Source: a virus. Taken from it: a stretch of DNA of 64,000 nucleotides. Positions 40,497 to 47,857 of the stretch are shown here, piece after piece. The DNA lies in IMG/VR virus record IMGVR_UViG_3300021961_000038, positions 49,407 through 113,406 of that record. The stretch is one strand, 5' to 3'. Each line of letters opens with the position of its first letter. Position 1 is the first letter of the stretch. A program made the translations under genes and the position numbers. Under the pieces are notes generated by a model, which saw nothing but the letters and a program-made list of their open reading frames with translations, had not been told where the DNA came from and ran no database searches.

Positions 40497-40858
40497 TTTC
40501 TATAATTTCCTTTTTCTGGAATAACGTGTCTAACACCACCTCTTGGATCTTCCATATCTCCCTTACGTCTTGGAATTAAATGTACGTGCGGCCACATAAT
40601 AGTTTGTCCTGCTTCTACACCAACATTTTGTCCAATGTTATATGAATCGCAATATCCCTTTTGTACCCAATCGTGTCCCCAAGCATACGCGGCCTTATAA
40701 CACTTTGCCAAGTGTTCCCAATCTTCCACTTTAGGCACGAATAGGACATGACCTTCTGTAACAGGATATCCATCTTTAAAAACTGTAAAGTCTCGGGTAT
40801 CAATCAGTACGTCAGTCCAAGGAACGTCTTTGAATTCTTTAACGACTTGGTGGCTCAT
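40493..40858 (-). CDS. HIT-family nucleotide hydrolase
   Basis: DGYPVTEGHVLFVP, AGQTIMWPHVHLIPR; start reassigned to MSHQVV at 40858. Confidence 0.88.
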   Translation of the reverse strand: MSHQVVKEFKDVPWTDVLIDTRDFTVFKDGYPVTEGHVLFVPKVEDWEHLAKCYKAAYAWGHDWVQKGYCDSYNIGQNVGVEAGQTIMWPHVHLIPRRKGDMEDPRGGVRHVIPEKGNYRK

Positions 40859-41564
40859 ATGTTTCCTCATAAAAATGAATTGTATAACCTTTACCTCTGG
40901 TGTCCCCACCGTTGTTTTCAACATCTACTTCTTTTCCTTCTTCACCATATCTAACACCCTGAATATAAACTTCATCGTTAGGCATAGTGTTTTGATCTAC
41001 TATAAGTTTTGTTGGATCAAATGTTTGACCTACCAAATGTAAAACACCATCAAAGAAAGTTCCTTTTTCACTGCTGATCATTTGTGCATACCAACCCTTA
41101 GGAATAACTGCATCAGCATCTTCAATTGTGCATTCAATACCATCTTCGTCAATAGCATTATGAAAGTCCTTACCATCGATTATGGTTTCGATTACAGGAG
41201 CATTGTACTCGGAAGACTCAAGTTCTTCTATGGTAATGTTTGCACCTGAATCTGACACACCCCAAAAATGTCCTGCTTCTTCCGGTGGTTCATGCCAACC
41301 ATTATAATAAGTTTCTCCCTTGTCATTTTTAAATGCTAGGAAATCAGCAAAATCTGGAATAGTGTGTTCTTTTACAAACTCTTCAGGATCACTCATGTAT
41401 TCTTCTGCTGATAGATCTTCCTGTGAGTTCCACCAATCAGCACATTCTTTGGAAACTCTATTCCATACCATTTCACTACCATAACCCCAAATGCTGATAC
41501 GATAGTATCTATCAGGTCTTTTAATAGTTTCTATTAACTGTTCTTTTTCTTTAAGCGTGGCCAT
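40839..41564 (-). CDS. acidic hypothetical protein
   Basis: 241-aa D/E-rich ORF. Confidence 0.65.
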   Translation of the reverse strand: MATLKEKEQLIETIKRPDRYYRISIWGYGSEMVWNRVSKECADWWNSQEDLSAEEYMSDPEEFVKEHTIPDFADFLAFKNDKGETYYNGWHEPPEEAGHFWGVSDSGANITIEELESSEYNAPVIETIIDGKDFHNAIDEDGIECTIEDADAVIPKGWYAQMISSEKGTFFDGVLHLVGQTFDPTKLIVDQNTMPNDEVYIQGVRYGEEGKEVDVENNGGDTRGKGYTIHFYEETYEPPSR

Positions 41565-41955
41565 ACGTTAGTTCCTCTGTAATGTATCGTTTAAGTTCCT
41601 TGTCCTGAACATCGTTGGGTATTTCGTTTTTATAAAAGATTCTGTAACTGTCACTACCGTACTTGCCAATGCCATAAAGTTGTGTAGCATCGTTACCATC
41701 CCAATCTTCTATCTGTATGCTCATCTTATAAATGCGTTTTGCTCTTACCTTTTGCATACCCAATGGTGCTAAAAACTCTTCCAGCATAGGAATAGTTGCT
41801 GAACGCAATAGTTTATTTGCTGTGGGCCATCGTTTAAAGAATTTTGTAAGCAATGGTTTAGTTTGACGTCTATTAACTTGATTTAAACAGATGACACCAA
41901 CCATGTGTTGCCATACATTTTTCACCTGTTGTTGTACCATCAAGTCTTCACGCAT
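41551..41955 (-). CDS. MBD4-like HhH-GPD DNA glycosylase (stand-alone catalytic domain)
   Basis: W..MVGVICLNQ...FFKRWPT...LAPLGMQKVRAKRI...LYGIGKYGSDSYRIF...DKELKRY. Confidence 0.82.
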   Translation of the reverse strand: MREDLMVQQQVKNVWQHMVGVICLNQVNRRQTKPLLTKFFKRWPTANKLLRSATIPMLEEFLAPLGMQKVRAKRIYKMSIQIEDWDGNDATQLYGIGKYGSDSYRIFYKNEIPNDVQDKELKRYITEELTYGHA

Positions 41956-42518
41956 TAGTACAGTTCTTCTATTTTATCACAAATTTTTAGTTTTTTTGCT
42001 TCTTGTGCCGACAACCACACATCTTGTGGTGGTAACAAAATTTCACGTATTTGTTTTTCTGTCATACCAATACACTTTTTGTAGTGTTCAATCATTCTAT
42101 TAGTTGATAGTTCAAACTCTTTTACTCTAGCATACAGTTCGTGTTCTTTACCCCTGCTACCCCAACTGTACTGATGTGATAGAATACTTGTATTAGGTGT
42201 TAATATACGTTTACCTTTAGTACCCGCAATAAAAATTAAGAATCCGCAACTTGCAATTAATCCTAGTCCTACTGTTTTAATAGGAATCGAACTTGCCTTC
42301 ATTGTGTCAATCAACGCAAAAGCGGCATGAACATCTCCGCCCGGTGAATTAATTATTATTGTTAATTGTGGTAATGGATTATCACTTAAATTATGATTCA
42401 TTATCCATTTAATTGCTTCTTTGCAACTAGCATACGTAATTTGATCCATTAAAAGATACACACCGTTATTATCGATGTTATTAGGTTGCTGTTGTATTCC
42501 TTCTCCTTTTTTAGCCAT
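41955..42518 (-). CDS. clpP: ClpP-like serine protease
   Basis: IINSPGGDV, GLIASCG (Ser), ILSHQ (His), DVWLSAQEA (Asp). Confidence 0.85.
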   Translation of the reverse strand: MAKKGEGIQQQPNNIDNNGVYLLMDQITYASCKEAIKWIMNHNLSDNPLPQLTIIINSPGGDVHAAFALIDTMKASSIPIKTVGLGLIASCGFLIFIAGTKGKRILTPNTSILSHQYSWGSRGKEHELYARVKEFELSTNRMIEHYKKCIGMTEKQIREILLPPQDVWLSAQEAKKLKICDKIEELY

Positions 42519-43071
42519 AGTGTCCTACATTCTCCCAGGGATATACTAACCATACATCCTCTTCTGCTTTGTTTACTTCATCGCACCAGTATGACACATC
42601 GTCAAACTCACTGCTTAGGTTTTCTGTTAATACTGCGAAGCGAACGTTGTCTTTCCAAACTTGGTCCCATACAGGACTATGTGGTAAACAACTACTCTTC
42701 CAATCTTGTTTAATCCAATTAAATGTTGAGCCAGTATCATTAATATCGTCTATGACAAGAATGTTTTGGCCCATTGGTTTATTTTTAAAGAATCCCATCT
42801 CTGGGGCATATGAACCGTTTTCATCGTAGCCGTACGCATCTTCGGCCATCCAAAAGTTGCTTTCGCTTTCACGGCTATCGTCACGCAAACTAACTTTTAG
42901 TGCTTCGCAACGTATGCCGGTCATATTTGAAATAATAGTAGCAGGAACGTTACCTCCACGTGTAATGCCTACAATGTAATCAGGACTCCACTTGTCCTTG
43001 TACATTTGGGTAACAATGTTTGTACACATTACTTCCACATCATGCCAACTATAAAACTTTTTCTTAATCAT
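42511..43071 (-). CDS. type I phosphoribosyltransferase (purine/Gpt-like)
   Basis: IVGITRGG, PRPP-binding motif ILVIDDINDTGST, C-terminal WLVYPWE. Confidence 0.88.
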   Translation of the reverse strand: MIKKKFYSWHDVEVMCTNIVTQMYKDKWSPDYIVGITRGGNVPATIISNMTGIRCEALKVSLRDDSRESESNFWMAEDAYGYDENGSYAPEMGFFKNKPMGQNILVIDDINDTGSTFNWIKQDWKSSCLPHSPVWDQVWKDNVRFAVLTENLSSEFDDVSYWCDEVNKAEEDVWLVYPWENVGHYG

Positions 43072-43367
43072 TTCTCCTCCCCAAGAGAAAATTCAACTTT
43101 TTTTACGTTATCCCATCTAAAAGAACGCCAGCCTTGGGCATTGATATCCCATACACTGCAAACTTTGTCTGCATCTACTTCACGCACCTTTTTTTGACTT
43201 TGCGGATCTGTTTTTGTTGCTTGTGGTAAAACAGATTCGTTTAGTGTGCAAGTCATTACACGTTCGTCACCGTTAATCTTTGTAAATGTAACAACTACAT
43301 TTCTTTCTTTAAGTAGGTCTCGTAGCCAATCACGTCCTTCTGGTGTATTAATTTGATTAGATTCCAT
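43068..43367 (-). CDS. WYL_2/Sm-like SH3 protein
   Basis: VTFTKINGDERVMTCTL...VWDINAQGWRSFR. Confidence 0.7.
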   Translation of the reverse strand: MESNQINTPEGRDWLRDLLKERNVVVTFTKINGDERVMTCTLNESVLPQATKTDPQSQKKVREVDADKVCSVWDINAQGWRSFRWDNVKKVEFSLGEEK

Positions 43368-43818
43368 TTGCTCTTTCCTTTAAATATATTTCACTTTCAA
43401 CCCATTTTCCGTCTTTTACAAAACCCCATTTTCCATCATTTACTTTTTTACCCATATAGAATAAACTCCAGCAAGGTAGTTCATTACCATTTTCATCCTT
43501 GGCAAGTTCTAGCCTATGCAGGTCCGTGCTCTTGCGGTAACGAAAATGACCTGGTCCTCTCCAAAACTTGCCTTCAGGGGTATGTTCATAATATCCTCCC
43601 TTGAGAATTAGAGTTGCATAATTCCAAGGATGATCATGTAAGTCGTCCAAGTCGCTTACAAGAATCTTGTGTAGTGTGATATTAAACGGAAAGTTCTGTC
43701 GATCTTTTAAGAAAATATAATACCTTACTAGGTAAGGCACTAATCCTTCTCTGTCATATATAGTTCTTTTTCTGTCTTTAAAAAAATTAAAAAGAGATTG
43801 TACCATTGTTCTTTTCAT
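43357..43818 (-). CDS. cupin-fold phage protein
   Basis: LHKILVSD..LHDHPW...GGYYE...HRLEL...WGF. Confidence 0.7.
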   Translation of the reverse strand: MKRTMVQSLFNFFKDRKRTIYDREGLVPYLVRYYIFLKDRQNFPFNITLHKILVSDLDDLHDHPWNYATLILKGGYYEHTPEGKFWRGPGHFRYRKSTDLHRLELAKDENGNELPCWSLFYMGKKVNDGKWGFVKDGKWVESEIYLKERANGI

Positions 43819-44113
43819 CCTCTTCCCAGTCTCTCTTTACCATTTCGTAAACATATGAAAATTGTTCCCATAATGCTTTACAAGTTGGATTGCTGTCAAC
43901 AATGTTTTTGTTAACGAATTCTTTGCTAGTATAATCAGTCCATGGATCTACGTTTACCGATGTTGCAGTAAATGTATGTGATGGCATAGATGTTGTATCA
44001 ATGCTATAAGTCCCTGTGTAATATTCTGCTTCGGTTGTTATACCTGTTGTATCAATTTTAGGAGATTCTAACGTTATAGTATAACTTTCGGGATCATATG
44101 ATTTAATAGTCAT
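43787..44113 (-). CDS. hypothetical protein
   Basis: 108-aa T/S-rich ORF. Confidence 0.55.
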   Translation of the reverse strand: MTIKSYDPESYTITLESPKIDTTGITTEAEYYTGTYSIDTTSMPSHTFTATSVNVDPWTDYTSKEFVNKNIVDSNPTCKALWEQFSYVYEMVKRDWEEDEKNNGTISF

Positions 44114-44124
44114 AGTCTTTAACC

Positions 44125-44811
44125 TTATCTAGGTGCAAACTCCTGTTGTAGTTTGATATTATCCATAAACTCTTTTTTAGTTGCAGGATCGTCTTTAAAT
44201 GAACCTTTAAGCACTGTTGTTTGTGTTAAACTTGAATGTGCCATAATACCTCTGTTCTCACAACAACCATGTGTTGCTTGAATATAAACACCTAAGTGTT
44301 TTGCATCTGTGGCCTTTTCAATTTCACGTGCAATGTCATTACAAAGTTCTTCTTGTAGTGTACCACGTCTAGCACACCATTGTGCGATACGTGTATATTT
44401 AGAAAGTCCAATTACCTTACCATTAGGAATAACACCAATGTATGCTACACCTGTTACTGGTTGATGATGATGTGAACAAACACTCTTTAGTTCGCTTCGT
44501 ACAACAAGCATACCTGTATATGCATTTTCACCTTCATTAGGAAAAGCAGTTGCAGTAGGAATACGATCATAACGTCCTTGCATTAGTTCATTAAAATACA
44601 TTTTAGCAAGACGTTTAGCAGTACCATGACTGTTAGGATCATTTTCTCTATCAATAATAAGTGAGTCTAGAACACCTTCAAACTTTTCTGCGGCTTCATC
44701 GATTAGTGTTTGCTTTTCACCTTCATAGATGAATTCACTAATATTATCACCCGCCCAAAAACGTTTATTAGCATCTTTGATTCTGCGTGTTACTTCTTCA
44801 TACTTTTTCAT
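44125..44811 (-). CDS. folE: GTP cyclohydrolase I
   Basis: SVCSHHHQP, IGLSKYTRI, LQEEL, HGCCENRG. Confidence 0.93.
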   Translation of the reverse strand: MKKYEEVTRRIKDANKRFWAGDNISEFIYEGEKQTLIDEAAEKFEGVLDSLIIDRENDPNSHGTAKRLAKMYFNELMQGRYDRIPTATAFPNEGENAYTGMLVVRSELKSVCSHHHQPVTGVAYIGVIPNGKVIGLSKYTRIAQWCARRGTLQEELCNDIAREIEKATDAKHLGVYIQATHGCCENRGIMAHSSLTQTTVLKGSFKDDPATKKEFMDNIKLQQEFAPR

Positions 44812-45313
44812 TCACTTCTCCGTGCATTATAATATTAATGCTAATTCTAGCAGGACTAGTATTCTTTATTGCTTGATGTTTAATATTGCTATTAAACAAA
44901 ACTGCTCTATTAGCCTTATGTTCAACAACTTCACCACCAATAGTAGTTCCGCCATCACTATCATTTACATAGTATAACAGACTATATCTATCTTGTCTAT
45001 CAGTATCTATATGTTCTTCTACCGTTTGTCCCGGCGTATATAAATTGGCTCTACAACGTTCAAACTCAATAAGTTTAAACCAATCTTTATTTTTATCAAA
45101 CCAATGATCCATTATAAATGTTAGGCTAGGAGCATAATTTAATGCATTATGTCCTCTTGTACTATGAAACAATTCATGTCCAAATGCACTAACATCAGGA
45201 TGATCACTATATGCACCGCTAGGCCAATACCAAGGAAAAACTCCTGTAGACATTTCAGAGAGATTTCTCTGATATAACCAATCTGGTGCAAAGTTATCAA
45301 ATATCTTTATCAT
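44798..45313 (-). CDS. 2OG-Fe(II) oxygenase-like protein
   Basis: RCRANLY...EHIDT...SLLYYVNDSDGGT...NRAVLF...HQA...RISIN. Confidence 0.8.
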   Translation of the reverse strand: MIKIFDNFAPDWLYQRNLSEMSTGVFPWYWPSGAYSDHPDVSAFGHELFHSTRGHNALNYAPSLTFIMDHWFDKNKDWFKLIEFERCRANLYTPGQTVEEHIDTDRQDRYSLLYYVNDSDGGTTIGGEVVEHKANRAVLFNSNIKHQAIKNTSPARISINIIMHGEVNEKV

Positions 45314-45317
45314 ACTA

Positions 45318-46421
45318 CTATACTAAACTATTTTTTAGGTTTTTGCAACTAAAATATTCATCAGATAGGAATTTTGATAGTTTATAGATCTCTGGTAAAT
45401 GCTTCTTATGATCAGTCATTACCCATCTAATTTTTTCAACAAGTTTATCTTTGTTTGCAATGTAACTATCCCAATCTTGTGTCCATTCGCTTGGATATTT
45501 GAAATAGTCATCATACATTTCTGTATAACTTAGTCTATCTGGTACTAATGGAAACGTATCTACAATAGCACCTTCATATGCACTAATACCTAATGTCTCT
45601 TGTAGGTTAGCACTAAAGATCATTTTTGCTTCACCTAGCAAATTATGATATTCAACTTTTGTTAAATGCTGTTCCATACAGATTACAAACTCGTAATCTT
45701 CTTGTAGTGTTTCTTTTAAATCTCTAAATATTTCAGGTTGTTTTTCTGGAGCAACTCTGTGTGGGAAAAGAATTAAGTTTTTCTTTTTCATGCCTTTAAA
45801 TGGTACCAACGAATCTTTGGTATACTCCATTGGCCAGCCTGTGCGAACAATTTTTTTAGTTTCTAAAAAGCGTTTACGTTCTTCTTCAAGATGATCTTTA
45901 TCAATTTCTAATAGGTTAGTTAAAAACATATCTATATGAAATTCACTAGCAAAGTGATTATGATCATAACTGTGAAAGAAACTCTTTTCAGCAGTTCTTA
46001 CCCAAGGTTTATCACCAATCAATCTACCTAAGAAATCAGCAGGATCATAACTGCCGGCGTGCCATAGTCCGTGTGTTATTACATTGATACCTAGCAATTC
46101 TGCCATGTACTTCACATTAATAATACCAGGATGCCACGCATCTGTAAAGATAACATGATCTCCGTCCTTTACTTTTCCTGCTGTAAAGGCTCTAGAAAGT
46201 TTTTCAATCTGTGTACATTTATAAATGTTAGTTCCACCAAAGTTTAAAAATGCACCTGGAGTTGTTGCATCAGGAATGTCATCTGCACCATCCATCACTT
46301 CAACTTCCACTGGTTTAGATAGAAATGAAACAGATTTAAGAATCTTAGGCACATGGACTTTCCATTCAGATGTATACCTAGTTTCAACCGCTTCTAAATC
46401 TACTAACCAAATTTTCTTCAT
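45318..46421 (-). CDS. GT-B (GT4-like) glycosyltransferase
   Basis: C-terminal FPHRVAPEKQPE and ETLGISAYEG (Ex7E) motifs, then PLVPDRLSYTEM. Confidence 0.82.
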   Translation of the reverse strand: MKKIWLVDLEAVETRYTSEWKVHVPKILKSVSFLSKPVEVEVMDGADDIPDATTPGAFLNFGGTNIYKCTQIEKLSRAFTAGKVKDGDHVIFTDAWHPGIINVKYMAELLGINVITHGLWHAGSYDPADFLGRLIGDKPWVRTAEKSFFHSYDHNHFASEFHIDMFLTNLLEIDKDHLEEERKRFLETKKIVRTGWPMEYTKDSLVPFKGMKKKNLILFPHRVAPEKQPEIFRDLKETLQEDYEFVICMEQHLTKVEYHNLLGEAKMIFSANLQETLGISAYEGAIVDTFPLVPDRLSYTEMYDDYFKYPSEWTQDWDSYIANKDKLVEKIRWVMTDHKKHLPEIYKLSKFLSDEYFSCKNLKNSLV

Positions 46422-46681
46422 TAATTTGTCCTTTTGTTTTTATTAAAGGATTTATTCTTCCAATGATTTTTATTGAAAGGCTTTTTTCCTTTATAATTTG
46501 ACCCTTTAACAGGCCAGTTACTTTTGTTATTTAGAAAACTTTGCCATTCAATGCTTTCATTTTTGTACAAGTTGGCTTCATCCCACTTGTAAGCATTAAA
46601 GCGACAAAAGTTTTTAAACTTCTCGAGATCGTTAAAGACCTTAACTACGTCTGGACGTTCTGCAAAATATGACACTGTCAT
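46421..46681 (-). CDS. hypothetical protein with a basic C-terminal tail
   Basis: 86-aa ORF, AAGGAG Shine-Dalgarno, TAATG-coupled to the glycosyltransferase. Confidence 0.65.
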   Translation of the reverse strand: MTVSYFAERPDVVKVFNDLEKFKNFCRFNAYKWDEANLYKNESIEWQSFLNNKSNWPVKGSNYKGKKPFNKNHWKNKSFNKNKRTN

Positions 46682-46686
46682 CTCCT

Positions 46687-47130
46687 TTAATATTTTGCGT
46701 ATTCAATATGAGCACCATTTTCACCATCTTCGCTGATGTCAATGTGTACTTCTCTATGAGGATATTTTTCACGTATTTTATTATACAAATCATCACTCAT
46801 CATTTCACAACTTTTATAGTCTAAATTTAATGTACCTTCGCTATATAGTTTCTCCATCCATCGTTTAAATTGAATAAATTCGATATCTCTGTCATTGTGT
46901 GTAACAGTGATACCAACCTTGAAATGAAATATGTGTCTGTGAGGATATCCCAAAAACGATACATCATCCCAATCACCTGTTGCCAACTTGGGGTCATCCA
47001 ATGCCGCAGGATACTTGTGGATACCTTCCTTGCGGAACGTAACCCAAATCATTCTCTTTGCAGTATTCATTACTCTCTCGTGTGTATCTTTTTCGAACGC
47101 TTGTTTCATTAAATCATCCATTGTACTCAT
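46687..47130 (-). CDS. QueD-paralog T-fold protein, DpdL-like (candidate CDG decarboxylase)
   Basis: EGIH...FLGYPHRHIF (LxxxHRHxF in place of QueD CxxxHGH)...KSCE...SEDGENGA. Confidence 0.72.
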   Translation of the reverse strand: MSTMDDLMKQAFEKDTHERVMNTAKRMIWVTFRKEGIHKYPAALDDPKLATGDWDDVSFLGYPHRHIFHFKVGITVTHNDRDIEFIQFKRWMEKLYSEGTLNLDYKSCEMMSDDLYNKIREKYPHREVHIDISEDGENGAHIEYAKY

Positions 47131-47159
47131 AGTATAGTGCCTTTCTTATTCTTTGTCAA
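47131..47159 (-). promoter_or_regulatory. internal sigma70 promoter for the T-fold/glycosyltransferase/oxygenase/folE unit
   Basis: TTGACA-17nt-TATACT directly abutting the first ATG. Confidence 0.7.
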
Positions 47160-47673
47160 CCGGATTATCGTTGCCATATTTGCTCCAATCCGTGAATTTA
47201 TTTCTGTCCAAAAGGTCATGAACTTGATGAATCCAAACTCCAGGATTGGAATGATTAAAGTCTGAGTCATCAATCTTAATACAAGCATTGTAGCCTAGTT
47301 GATTTACATAGGGTAATTTTACACTTAACAATGGAATAAAGTTGTGTCGTTCACCCATTCCTGTTTCTAGTATCCATTCGTGATACTTAACATCATAATC
47401 AAGTGTTACCATATAATTTGTACCCAAAGACGATTTAGCGTCTAATAATCCTAGTACCAAATCTTCCCATTCTTCTTTTGGAACAAAACTATGATTAGCA
47501 CCAAGATAGATATGATCCACATGGTGGTGTTCTGCTTTAGCAAGAACTTCTTCTAGTGGACGACAACCTACGACAAATAGTGTGTCCATATCATACGCAG
47601 GTGTTTTCTCTACTTCAAAGCCTGTAAAGTAGTTAACATCGTCCCTTACGCCATCTGTATAATCACGCTTCAT
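47146..47673 (-). CDS. hypothetical alpha/beta protein in the dpd cluster
   Basis: 175-aa ORF between dpdA and the T-fold gene; HIYLGANHSF and IKIDD.DF..SNPGVW motifs. Confidence 0.65.
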   Translation of the reverse strand: MKRDYTDGVRDDVNYFTGFEVEKTPAYDMDTLFVVGCRPLEEVLAKAEHHHVDHIYLGANHSFVPKEEWEDLVLGLLDAKSSLGTNYMVTLDYDVKYHEWILETGMGERHNFIPLLSVKLPYVNQLGYNACIKIDDSDFNHSNPGVWIHQVHDLLDRNKFTDWSKYGNDNPVDKE

Positions 47674-47857
47674 TCTTTAATAGCCTATCAATTTGATCTT
47701 TTATATATAATTTTGTTTTCTTTAGTTTCATTAAAAGAGCCTTATGACCGAAGTCTCTATATAGAGTACGTTCTTTTTCAATTTCGTCAACCTTTTTTGC
47801 ATAGTATTCGTGCTCTTTGGTTAATTTTTTTATTGCTTTGTTTTTTATTTTTGCCAT
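47663..47857 (-). CDS. small basic coiled-coil protein
   Basis: 64 aa, GAGG Shine-Dalgarno, TAATG-coupled to dpdA. Confidence 0.6.
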   Translation of the reverse strand: MAKIKNKAIKKLTKEHEYYAKKVDEIEKERTLYRDFGHKALLMKLKKTKLYIKDQIDRLLKNEA

